The notes under the pieces are model-generated. The model was not told the origin of the DNA. It worked only from the letters and a program-made list of their open reading frames with translations, and made no database searches. The position numbers and the translations under genes were made by a program. A stretch of 63,571 nucleotides of DNA, the filler included, from Reclinomonas americana ATCC 50394 (Eukaryota), in assembly GCA_048213135.1 (NCBI GenBank). It is 7 parts of 7 records of this genome, joined end to end, with 100 filler letters (N's around TTAATTAATTAA, not from the genome) between each part and the next. Parts side by side here need not be neighbours in the genome. Positions count along the whole stretch, not along the records: positions 1 to 27,380 come from AFZH01019576.1; 6 more parts are not named here. One strand, given 5' to 3'. Positions 11,706 through 24,300 of the stretch are shown here, in pieces. The first letter of the stretch is position 1; each line of letters begins with the position of its first letter.

Positions 11706-14700
11706 ATGGGCAAGGGCGCAAGTGCTGTTCCTGAGGTCTTCCAGCTCGCGGAGACTGGCCAAGTGGCGCAAGTCAGCAAGCGCGTCAAGCGGTTCAAGTG
11801 GACGTTGCGCATCCACATCTTCTCTCCTTTCTCACTCAGCCTCTCTCTGACTGCACCAACAGTGACTTGTGTGCGTTGCGCAATGGTGATGAGCGCACGT
11901 TGTTGCACGTGGCGGCCTTGCATGGGCACGTTCCGTTGCTGGAGTTTCTCATGGAGTGGCATCGTGGTGGTGATCGGAATGCGCTGCTCAATGCGTGCGA
12001 TCGAACGGGGACGACGGCGGTGGCGGCCGCGGTGTGTGCTGGACACGCTGCTGCTGTTCGCTGCTTGCTGCAGGCTGGTGCTGATCCATTCGGTTTGTTG
12101 TCGCCTTCGTCTTTGTGCTCGTTCTGCACGCTCGTTCTCTGATTGCTGTTGTCAGTGGCCGACTTGTCGGAGATGAACTGCTGGCACTGGGCGGCGTACA
12201 CGGGCGCCGCTGACGTGGTGCAGGAGTTGACTCGTGCAGCTGGGCAATCGCCGTTGGCGCTGGAGCGGCTGTCGTTGGCGTCGCGTGATGGGCTCAGTGC
12301 GTTGCATGTGGCGGCCAAGCAGGGCAGTGTGCACTTTCTGGAGGTGCTGTGCGAGGCGTTTGGGGAGGGTGTGAACTTGCGCGATCGGGCGTTTCATAAG
12401 ATGATGACACCCGTCATGTTTGCGGCGTGCCACGGTCGCACACCGTTTCTGCATCGGCTGGTCGAGTTGACGAGGCGGAGAGCCGGCGATGAGGGAGTGC
12501 GGTGAGCGACTTCCACCCGAGACGTGTAATTGTCGCGATGTTGCCTTTTATCCTCACGACAGCCGTACTGCAGGCAAATGTTGTGCGACGAGGATCAGGA
12601 TGGATGGACGGCGTTTCTGTGGGCGTGTGGCGCCAACGAGTTGGAGACGGCGCGCGCAGTGGTGGCCGCCGCGGTGCAAGCCGGCATGTCGGTGGAGAGT
12701 CTGGTGCGTCACAAGGACGGCTCGGGAGCCACGGCCTTGCACTGGTGTTGCGAGCACGGCAACGTGCCGTGCACCATGTACATTTGTCGTGAGCTGTGCG
12801 AGACGATCACCAGTGAGCGGAATGCACTGGCTGACGCTGCGGCCGCTGCTGCTGCTGCTGCCGAGGATGCGGAAGGAGAGAAGGACGGGGAGGATGACGA
12901 CGACGACGACGACGACCATGTCACGAGTGAGCAGGTACGACGCCGTGTGCTGAATGCAGTCGACGTGGATGGCGACACGCCACTTCATGTCGCGTGCAAG
13001 AAGGTTGCGTCGATGACAGGCACAACAAGACTGCTTCTCTGTTTCGTCGCTCACACGAGACGCCATGCAGTGTCAACTTCTCTCTATCCGCGTACTGCTC
13101 TCCTTTGAGGCGGTGCTGGTGGACTCTACCAATGTGGACTCGTCGACACCGCTCATGGCGGCGGCCGAGAAAGGTCTGCCTCGCTGTGCGGTCTCGCTTT
13201 GCTGGACCTGTCTGGTTGAAATAATGTGCCCCATGCACGTAGGATTCTGGGAGGGCTGTCAGCTGCTGCTTGCCAGCGGTCGGTGCTCGCCGTGTCTCGG
13301 AAACGGAGATGGCGAAACTGCGCTGCACATGGCCACACTGGGTGCCGTCACGCAGCAGACGCGACTCGATGCGTCGCCCATCAATCCACTGAAGACCGTG
13401 GCGCTCTTGCTGCGACACGGCGCCGATCCGAACTTGCAAGACTTTGAAGGATTCACGCCGCTGCATTGGTGTGCCTGATTGCGCGCGTGTGCAAGGGAAG
13501 TATTGAGGCTGACAATCCTGTCGAATACAGGGCCGTGTCGATGGACCAGGATGAAATGTGCTCCTCGCTGTGCATGGCCGGCGCGTCGCCATTCATCACC
13601 GATGCTCTCGGTGACACGCCGCTGCACAAGGCCTGCCTCTTTGGTCATTTGTCGTGCGCGCGTGTGATTATGCACCTGCTGGTGATCTCACCACATGCGC
13701 CGCAAAGGGTGCGCGCGTACTTTTTGGTTCAACACATGTCCCTGCTGCTGACCTATTCCCTCTCGCGCGCGCACACAGTTACACGCCGATGTGAAGGAAG
13801 CTGGCATCACGTGTGTGCGCGGCGCAGTGTCGGACTCGGAACAGCCAGTGTCGCTGTCGGTTGGGAGTCACGAGCTCGCGGCATTGTGTGTGGGCGAGGT
13901 GGAGGAAGCAGATGTGCGTCGACGTGTGCTGTGTCGCGCCACGCACGGAGCCTCGCTGGCACGCTGGCTGCCGAGTGTGCTGCCGGCAGTGTGCTTGCTG
14001 CATGATATCGTGAGGCAGCCGAATCAGGAGGGCAAGTCACCGCTGCACATGTGCTCCTTCAAGGTACGGACACTGGTGTTTGGTTTTCGTTGTCATGTAC
14101 TCGTGATGGGCTGAGACTCTCTCGTCACACACAGGCCGGTAAAGATGAGTGGCGATATGGACACCGACTGCGTCCGCGCGAAGTCGAAGATGATGACATG
14201 CCGAAGCTGCACGTCATGTAGTTGTGTGCACGAGCATGAGCACAATTGTTATGTTTGCACAGGCCCTGACCTTTCTATGTTCAGCGAGTTGATGCAAGAG
14301 GTCATTCTCCGCTCCTTTGATGCCGTGTGTGTGCTGCCCGACGGCTGCGGACACATGTACGAGTACGCGTTGCAAGAGGACGGAGAACGGCGGCTGGCCG
14401 TGGATGCCGTGCCGAAGAACTTGACCGGCGTGCCTCACTTGCACGCTCCCTGGTAAGGCATGCGTGCTGGCAGTGAGCGTTCACACCGCCGTGCTCACCT
14501 CTTCTTGCGTGCAATGGTCGTCAGGTCGGTGGTGCTGCCTCTTGTGCTCGCCCGCAAGTCACCAGTGCCTCGACCGTCGTCGGCGGCGGCTGTCGCCGGT
14601 GTGCATTACTTTGGCATTGAGGACGTTGGTGGCTTCTTGGAGGCCTTTGTGTTCGCCTGCTATCTGGATTGCGGACTGCCGCTAGTGTGCGACGCAGCCG

Positions 14701-15535
14701 CTGCTGGTGACGCTGGCGCGGTGCGTTTCTTGCTCGAGCGATGGCATTCGCTCACTGGCGAAGTACGTGCTCGCACGCTGGCCGTGCGACCAAACAGCGA
14801 GCAGGTGACCCCGCTGCACTTTGCGTGTGCCTCGGGGCTGCCGCAACTGCTCGACAAACTGGTGGAGGAGACCGACACCAGTGACGATGGAGGTACACGC
14901 GCTCCCGTTCCTGCTCTCGTAGTGTCGTCCATTGCGCTGACACATCGCAGTGTCGTTGGATATTGGTGTGGCCGACCATCGCGGCTGCACTCCGCTGCAT
15001 GTGGCCTGCATCACCGGGCATGTGGATTGCGCTCGCCGGTGCGTGCAGTACGGCACTGCCGTCGACACACAGGACAAGCACGGACGCACACCGCTCTGCT
15101 ATGCAGCCGACGCCGGGCACGAGTTGTGTGTGTACTACCTGGTGAAGGGTTTGTTTACTACAACTTGTTGTTGTTGTTGTCTGTTTGTCCTTGTCGACGG
15201 AACTCACATGGTGTCGCGCAGAGGCACGAGCCAATGTGCAGCTGGCCGACATGGATGGCATGTCGCCGCTGCACTTTGCGTGTGGTGGTCTGCACAAACG
15301 GTGTGCACGAGTGCTGCTCGATTTCGGTGCCGATCCGGAGACAGTGGATGCAGAAGGCCTGACGCCGCTGGCGCATGTACGGAGAGGTGGCGATGGTGAT
15401 GACGAAGAAGAAGAAGAGGAGGAGGAAGTAGAACAAAGGGAGGATGCAGGTGCAGAGAGGCATGCGGCCGAGTCGTTTGTGGCTGCCTATCAACAGTGGC
15501 TGGCCAAGAGAAGAGCAGCGTCATCAAGGGAATGA
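11706..15535 (+). CDS. Multi-ankyrin-repeat protein, multi-exon
   Basis: Many ankyrin repeats after splicing: ERTLLHVAALHGH, DGLSALHVAAKQG, DGDTPLHVACKK, GETALHMAT, GFTPLHW, GDTPLHKACLFGH, GCTPLHVACITGH, GRTPLCYAADAGH, GMSPLHFACGG. TGA at 15533-15535. Confidence 0.85.
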
Positions 15536-15644
15536 ACGATCGATGATTAAAGCAGCAAAACATTGATCTTTACAAAGTACAACAAGCAAAACAACTAACT
15601 ATTCTTCTGTCTAAGCAGCTGCAAGGTTTCCATGCACGCTGCGT

Positions 15645-18600
15645 CTAAATGAGCCGCATCCAGCCGACGGGCGACATGAAAAACACGGCAGCCGTCTTCG
15701 GCGGCACGTGCAGCGGCGTCTCGGAGCCCAACATGAGATGCACCGTGGTGTCCTCGTCGTCGTTGCGGCAAAACATGAGCTGACCCTCGCGGGCACGGGC
15801 GCCCGTGAAACCCACAAACACCGACACCGTGCCAGTGGCGCTCGGCTGGCTGTCGCTGCGCACAACGACAATGCCCACATCGGTGACGGACACAGTGCCG
15901 GCGTCGGCATCCACCACCACCGGTGTCAGGCTCAGTTGACCGACCGACAGCGAGTTCACCAACAGCGCATCCTTCGAGGCATCTATCGTGCCACTCGACG
16001 AATGCAACCGCGGGTGAGTGTCGGCCGAGCCGCCTGCCATCTCCAAGCGCGAGCCACCGGCGACATCGCTGCCGACCTGCATGGTGGTCGAAGCCACCAA
16101 ATCTCCGCCAACGTGCACGCCACCGGGGCACGAAATGTCGCCCGACGCCATGCGACACTGCCCATCGGTGACGACGGAGGCCTCCACCGTCGCGGCCTTC
16201 ACCGTGCCGCGCGTTGTGAGGTCGCTGTTCTGCAGACTCACGCGGCCACTGGACGAGGCCAGCACCGGATCCTCTCCCGACGTCTCCACCGACAGCGACG
16301 CACGGTCGCCGTTGATGCGCAAATGCTGCAGGAACACAACGTGAGTCGGAGACACAATATGTCGTCGACGGCGAACGGCACGCCACCACTCACCGAGCCA
16401 GCCAGTTCGCCACTGGTGTGCACACCACCACTGCATCCACTGATGGTGCTTCCGTGAATGGTGCACGCCGCGCTGCCGTCCTTGGTGGTGGTGCTGAACG
16501 AGGCGGCCACCACCGACGAACCCGAGCGGATCGCCGTGTCCGTAAAGTCGACCACGCGCGTCGACGAGCGCACAGTCGGGTTCTCGCCGGAGCCGTCGAG
16601 AATGATCGACGAAAGACTCGAGGCCGCAATCTCCTGCGCCTCCATCACGCCCTGCGTGATAATGTCGCCCGTGCATCCGTCAATTGCGCCGTGCGCAATG
16701 GAGCAACGACCGTCGGTCAGCGTGGTCGCCTCGACGCCCACCGCCGTCAGATTGCGCGACAGCACCAAATGCGCGTCGGCCTCGATCGTGCCCGAGCTGG
16801 AGCGGAAAGACGGATGCTCGCCATGGGCTTCCACATTCAGCTCCGCCGACAGACCGCGGATCTGGTGCAGGCAAGTCAGCACGACGCGAAAAGAAAAAAG
16901 AGAAACAGCACTCGCAACCAACCAAGAGACTGAGTGCTTGAGCGGGGCCGTCGACCACCAGGTTGTTGCGCACGCTCTCCACCGAGAAGCCGCTGTTGTC
17001 GTGGACAGAGTTGACCACCAGACCTCCGTTGCTGGGGCCACTCGACAGGTTGCTGGCCAGCACGCACCCGATCAGCACACCGCCCTCCATGCGGCACACG
17101 CCGTCGGTGATGGCCGGTGCCGAGATTTCTGTGGAGGTGCATGAGCGTGAGTTTTCGTGTTTGTGACGCACAATCAAGAGGTGCTGCGCTTGCATACCTC
17201 CGTCGGCGCGAATGTTCTTCTCCGCCGCAATGCTGCCGGAGGAGATCACATTGCCGGCGACACGAACGTCGGACCCGACCCGGATGCCAGCACGGATGTT
17301 GGCCTCGGAGGCCTCAATGGCGCCTATCGACTGCACCGACTGCACCGTCAGCGAGCCGACGACGGACAGGTTGCCTTCGTTCGACACACCCACTCGGCCT
17401 GCACAACAGATATGAGAAAGGCTGCCGATCAAGAACTACTACAACAATAACCAGAATGAATGACGACGCACCATTGCCAAACATGGCCGTACCGTCGGAG
17501 GCAATGTAGTTGCCAGCCTTGGGTCCACCGACACGCATCTCGCTGGCCGCCATCATCGACGGCGAGGTGACACACGAGCCCTCAATCTTGCTCGAGCCGA
17601 CCTGCATGCTCAGCTGATCCGACACAAACACATTGTCGACAATCGAGCCGCCGTTCACGCCGCTGCCAAAGCGCAGCTTCTCCACGTGCAGCGTGCCGAT
17701 GCGAGCTTCGCTGGCAAACACGCCATCGGTGGCTGTCACCGACAGCATGCCGTCGGCAAACGAGGCCGACGGCGCCGTCACCGCACCGTTGAGATCGAGC
17801 CCGAGGAGGCCACTCAGGCGACCATTCTGCAACAATGCCTGTCCGTCGGTGATGGACTGACCGCGCACCTCACCAGACACATTCATCGGGCTGGTGATGC
17901 GCAGCGGCTCGCCGGTCGCCGATTGAATGCCACCAGTGGACACCGACAGCTGCTGGAGGATAGTTCGGCCCGCACCCACCATGTCGCCGTTGACAATCAT
18001 GGTGGTGACCTCGGCTGCTGGGCACGTCATGGTGCCGACTTCGTCGACGGCAAACTGATTGCCGGAGCCGAACATGCCAATGGGGGCGCGCACTGAGCGC
18101 CGCGCAGCAATCTCCTCGGCAACCACACTGCCGCTCTGCATCACCGTGATGCCGTCGGTGATCAGCGGGCTGGTCATCGACTCCGACGCGTTAATAACCG
18201 GTGCCGTGACGGCGCTCTCCAGCTGCAAGTCGTTGGTGACGAGCTTGTCAAAGTTGCCGAAATTGGCGTACACACCGCCATCGTCGCGCAGCTGCACGGT
18301 GCCGTTGGCGAACGAACCGCGCGCGGCAGTCAGCGTCTCCGTGGCGCGCACTTCCGTCACATCCAGCTTGCCGTGGGCCAGACGCGCACTGCCGTCTGTC
18401 AGCTCCGCAGCGTGCACTGTGCCCTCGGTGACGAGTGTGTCGCCGCCGAGCGAAATCGAGGCCGTCAGCGAGCGCAGCGAACCGTCGCCAATCACCACTG
18501 AGCGGAGCGACGCAACACCCGACGTGGTAACGTGCACCGCATTGACGCTGCCGACGGTGGCCTGCGCCGCTGTCAAGCCACTGGTGTCGACGCTGACCGT

Positions 18601-21168
18601 GCCGTTTGCAAACGTCGCCGCCGCGGCATCGAGGTGGTCGCTCACTCGCACCGACGGCGTCTCGAGCGACTCGGTCAGCAGCGCGGCACGGCACTGCATG
18701 CCGCCAATGCTGTCCATGGTGCACCCGTCCGGGCCGCCGACAATGACTGAGGCGGCGGTCAGCACGGTGCTGGCGCGCAGTGTCGGCGACGAGACCGAGT
18801 TGGGCGAAATTGTGGTGCTGTCGTTGGTCGGCGCCGTCACGGACGACGAACCGGTGGCATCGGTTGTTGAAAACGCATCGTCAGCGGCGGCAGCGGCAGC
18901 GGCAGCGATCGATGCATTGCTGTCCACCACTCGCAGCATGCTGAACGACGCCATGCCCGAACTGCGCAGCTCGTGGGCCGTCACAATACCAAACTGGGCA
19001 TCTTCGCACACCACGTTGCCGTTGTCCAGCACGGCGCATCGACCGTCGGCAAACGACGCCGAGCCCTTAACAGAGAGTGTGGACGAGACGTCCAGCTGCG
19101 GTGTCGAGATGCGGCCGCTGGCAATGTTCGTGCCCTGACCGTCGGTCAGCGACGAAATCGTTGCCGACGACGCCAACACGCTGTGATCCAAACAAGGATG
19201 AGAAAATCGTGGGAACAGGGATGTTTGGTTGCGCACATACACACCCGTTGAACAAGGCAGAGAGGCAGTCTTCGCCGCCGAAACCAGTGTCACACACGCA
19301 CTGCGGCTGCCCGGTCACCGAGTTGGCGATGCAGTGGCGATTGGTGCCACAGTCCACCATGCAGACGCTGCAGCGGCCATCACTACCCTTGCTCCATCCA
19401 GTGGGACAGCGGAGCTGATGGGAAAAGTGAGCGACGGTGGATTCTGAGAAGGAGAGAGCAACGACGGAAGACCACTAACCAGGTTGCACGATGGGCCCTC
19501 CCAATTGGCGTCGCACAAGCAGTTGCCGGCGGCGTCGCAGTTGCCATGGTCCGAGCACGTCTCACTCCGGCTGCATCCACACTGCGGGCCGCCGAATTCC
19601 GCGGCGCAGGTGCACGAGCCATTCAAGCACTTGTTGGGAGCTCCACCGCTGTTGTGAGGAGAGAAGAGAGATGAGAAGTTTGGCGTGGATGCTCCCTACT
19701 AGCAGCAGCAGTCACTCACCACTGAGCCTCCGAAATGCACGCCACACACTTGTTCGGCGACGCTGGATCGCACATGGTTCCCGTCGGGCTGCACGCAGCA
19801 AGAGAGAGAGATATCAGCAACTATTTTTCTTCTCACGCGCGACGGGAGGTGGCCTTACCAGTTCGCTTGCACGCACTCGCAGTTGGTGCCGCCAAAGCCC
19901 GGCAGGCACACGCAGCGGTTGCTCATCGGCTCGCACGGCGCACCATTCGCGCACTGGCAGTCGACCGTGGTGCACGTGCTTCCCTTCCAGCCAGTGAAAC
20001 AGATGCACTGGCCATTCGAGGCGCACATGCCGTTGCTGTTGCACGTCTCCAGATCGGAGCACTCGCAGAAGCGACCATTGAAGCCTGCGAGAGTGATGGT
20101 GAGACGAACACGTCCACAGCTGCAGAACTGAGCACGAGACGACAATGTACCAGGATTGCAGACGCACACATTGCTGACACAGGAGCCCGACGAGGAGCCA
20201 CCGCTGTGACAGCAGGATAAGTACGCAAACAAAAAAAGAGACCACAGAGAGACCACGCACCAGGCCACATCGTTGGTGCAGTCCACCGACGCAGTAGGCG
20301 ACGATTCACCGACTGTTCCACTCGACGATGACGACGACGATGAGGACGACGATGAGCTTCCGCCAGCAGCAGAAGCTGGCGGTGCCGGCGGCACACCATT
20401 CAACCATCGCGAGCAGTCCACGCCAGTCCACCCTGCATCGCACGAGCAGGCGCCCGACGCGTCGCACGAACCGTGATCGTTGCACGACTCGAGTCGTGAG
20501 CACTCGCAGTTCACACCTCCACGATCTGCAATCCGCATGAGCAACACACCGCACACACACTCTCATTGCGTCCACACTCACCAGCCGCGCAAATGCACTT
20601 GCCACCGACGCACATGCCTCCATCCGATCCACCACTGTCACCAAATAAGCAGATTGTATCACTGAAGGCGATCGCAAGGAGCATAGACGCAACCACTGCG
20701 CGCTGGTGGTGCAGACAGGCGGTGTGTCGCCACTCCACTTGGCACACGAGAGGCCCGCCCAACCCGCGTCGCACACGCACGATCCATCGGCCGCGCACGA
20801 TCCGTGTCCATTGCACGACTCGTCCCGAGTGCACTCACAAAACTCTCCACCACTCCCTGCACCGCCACAGCATGAGTACATGCAAGAGAGAGAGAGAGAG
20901 AGAGTGGAGGTGTGTGTGCGCGTCTCTCTCACCTGGGAAACACGCGCAGGCGCCATTGATGCACTTGCCGGATCCATTGCACTGTTGACTGTCAACACAA
21001 GCCGCAGCGGCCTCCTGCACCGCAGCTGCCACTAACACCAATGCTACTACCACGAGCAGCAGCAGCAGTGTGCTGCCAAAGCCTCTTGTCACTGAAAAGA
21101 AGAAGTTGTCCCGAGTTTGGTAAGTCTCTCTGTCAATGGTGGAGAAAAGAATGAAGATGCACTCAACT
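15645..21168 (-). CDS. Secreted protein: signal peptide, about a dozen tenascin-type EGF repeats, about 1100 aa of beta-rich fibre-like repeats, and a C-terminal globular domain
   Basis: Signal MTRGFGSTLLLLLVVVALVLVAAAVQEAAAA. EGF repeats such as CNGHGSCAADGSCVCDAGWAGLSC and CSDHGNCDAAGNCLCDANWEGPSC are spliced in frame to [LIV]TDG/SFA[DN]G repeats. Ends ...VFFMSPVGWMRLI TAG. The ATG appears to be split by intron 21092-21167. Confidence 0.8.
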
Positions 21169-21345
21169 CTTTCCGCTTGTCGCTCGCTGTCTCTGTCTCT
21201 CTTGCTGGTATGCGCGTGTGTGTGTGTGTTGAGTTGTCTTGTATCCGAGACGCAAGAGATGAGCGCGTCTGGGCTCCGCGGTGTTGAAAAACAAAATCGT
21301 AATACCGGCTTCGAACATCAGACACAGCAAATGTGTCCCGAGTAA

Positions 21346-24300
21346 TCAATCGGAACCCTCGGCTGCCACCTGGGCAAAGCTCAGCGGATGTACCAGTGGT
21401 GGCCGCAGGTGGGCGACCAGATGCGCGCCGAGTTGCACCAGAACCTCCACAGTGCCGGGGGCAAGCTGCGAAACCAGGCACTTGAGTGGAACATGTGCAA
21501 GACAAAAGCCGTCTGTGTGCGCGTCCTTGCACGTACCTCGGGTGCGGTGCGACGCAGCTCGTCGCAGGCCGCCAGCATGGCATCCTGGAGCCGGAACGCC
21601 GGCAGCACCCCGGTTTCCAGCAGTGCCGTCCAGAAATCGGCAAAACCGACGGTCAGTGGCGGCGACAAGTGCCGCATGGTGCGCTCGCCCAGCAGTGCAC
21701 GCCACACAAGGTGCATGCGAGTGCGCAGCAGCTGTTGCGCTGCTCCAAAGAGTATCGACAGCGATTTGCTGTCCATGCTTTTGCCCTCCTGCCGCTCGCG
21801 CACCAAAAACGACGGAAACACGCACGTCCACACCGCCGTCACCACCTGATGCGCGATCTCATCCAGGTCGGCCATGGGCAAGTGAAGGTCGTGCATCATC
21901 GATGCAATGGCCGCAAACTTGTCGACGAGCACCTCCGCCGACTGGCGGCGACGCAGAGCGGCCACTTGCACGGCCAATTCATGTCGCACGCCGAGACGTG
22001 AGGTGGCCGAGGGCCACTCCAATGTCACCTCCTTGACCGGTGGCACAGCTGGCAGAGGGTCTTCGACAGCCGCAGCCAGCTCCTCGGCATCCGCGGCACG
22101 CAGCTTGGCCGCAGTTGTGAGCGACCGACGGAACTGTGTACAGTTAGCACTGCTGCAGAGCACAAGAGGTCACCCACAACATCTCCTCACCTTCGTCCAA
22201 TGGTGCGAGAGTGACGAGCGAAGCAGCAACTGAATGTCGGCTTCCAGACTTCCCGTGATGTACTGTTCACACGACTGTGTCGTCAACTTCACGGCCAGGT
22301 CACGAGCGGCGGCATTGTAATCTTGCACACATGTGAGACTAAAGAAAACATCACTCGAGGACAACACTGCGTCGCACACCTGGAGGCACCAAGTTCTGCA
22401 TCAACAGTGCAATCTGCTGCCGGCACTGTGCCACTGCGCACTCCGTGACCGGGCCCAGCGCCAATGCAGTGGCATGTCGCACCATGTCGCCCATCATGTC
22501 ACCGGCACCTGCCGACTGCGCGACGTCACACACCAAGGATCAGAATCATGGAGGCTCCTCGCTTGTCGCACCCACACACACACACACACACACTCACAGT
22601 CGCTGCAACACAATCGGATGCAGCCGCAGCCGGCTGCACGAGGAACAAGCGACATGTGGCCTGCACGTGCGACATTTGAGCGCGGTGACTCGGGAAGAAA
22701 CAACCTACGCGACTGCGGCGTGCCACTGACCTCGACCGCGGGCGGCAGCAGCTGTGCGCAGCTGTGCCGTCGGGCATTGTCTGCCACTCGACGCACAAGA
22801 AAATTGGCCAGCTGCTTCAGTTGTGGATTGGCGTCGAAAAATGCGTCGTGCAGCTGCGGGCCAGCAGCGTCGTCGGCACTGCTCGCCCCCACGACCACAG
22901 GCTGCCACAACGAAAAAATGAAAATGAGAGGCACGAACCAAGCAAAGGGCACAATTCTTTTGGTGTGTGCATACCTTGACCAGCACGGGAACGACCTTGC
23001 GGATGCTTGGCGAACCCATCGTGCCCGGCGACTGGCACTTGACGCCACCAAGCCGCGCACTGTCGTACGCCGAACTGAACACCTGCCGGACAGCATCACA
23101 GTCGTCCGACATGGTCACTAGCGTGTCGCCTCCGTCGAGGAGGCCGAGCGATGCAGCTGCATCGGCATCCTGCATGCGTGGTGTGTGTGTGTGTGTGAGT
23201 GTGTGCATGGTGAGAGCCGACAACGCCACCACCTCGCACTGAGCTCCTCACGAACCGTTCGCCACACAGCCATGGACTCCACGGCAGCTGCGCTTGCTTC
23301 ACTGGCAACTGTGGCCAGCAGATCCGGCACCAAGCTCCACTCCAGAGCCTCTTCCACCACCGCACGCAGACCGCTGCTCAAGATTCGTGCGTCAAGTGGC
23401 GCATCCTCGCGCTGCACGAGTTCGGCGCACTGCTTGCGAATGTGCAGCAGCAGGATCCACGCTTGTCGAATCGGTTCGAGTCTGTGGTGCGCAGTCAGTC
23501 GCAAGAGAGAGACGTAGAGGGAAAGAGAGGAGACGATGGGAAGGAGAGAGGGGAAACGAAGAAAGGCGAAGAGAAGGAGAGAGGCGAAGAGAAGGAGAGA
23601 GAGGAGACGAAGAGAAGGAAAGAGAGAGGAGACTAAGAGATGAGAGAGAGGGAGACGAAGATAAGGAGAGAGGGAGACGAAGAGAGGAGAGAAAGACGAA
23701 GAGAGGGAGAGAGGAAGACGAAGAATGTTGACAGCGGGAGTGACAGTAGCGAGAGAGAAAGCACATCAACGAGAAAAGGAGAAAGCGAGAGGATGAATGT
23801 TGACAATGGGAGCGACAGAAGCGAGAGAGAGAAAGCACATTAAAGACAAGGGAGAAAGCGAGACGAAGAATGTTGACAGCGGGAGTGACAGAAGCGAGAG
23901 AGAAAGCACATCAACGAGAAAAAGAGAAAGCACATCAACGAAAAAAGGAGAAAGCGAGGGGATGAATGTTGACAATGGGAGAGACGGAGCGAGAGAGAGA
24001 GAGAGAGTGAAAGTACACGAAGAGAAAGAGAGAAAGCGAGACGAAGCATCTTGACAACGAGAACTGGCGAAACCGAGAAAGGGGGAGAGTGCATGTACCA
24101 AAGAACGAGAGTGCAGAAAGCATGAGGACATGGATGCGCAACTCCAAGGCCGTAGCCGATCGAATCGACGAGCGGAAGAGTGGCATCATCCAGGTGACAT
24201 GCGCCGGCAGTTGATGCAGTGCGGCGGCTCGACGGAGAATCGAGACCAGAGCCAATTTGTCGGCAACGTGTCTGTCGCACACAGCATTCAGTTACGTCAA

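Noticed and set aside
1..15535. RCC1, cullin and ankyrin genes as a ubiquitin-ligase cluster
   Set aside because: No BTB, F-box, SOCS or HECT domain was seen in the neighbours, and unrelated mL54 sits between them; adjacency is probably incidental.
18059..19138. Long antisense ORFs (here and opposite many other genes)
   Set aside because: Shadow ORFs caused by high GC content and codon bias on the coding strand.
23700..24000. CRISPR-like repeat-spacer pattern
   Set aside because: The intervening sequences are themselves repeated, the context is a eukaryotic intron, and no cas genes are present; it is a minisatellite.
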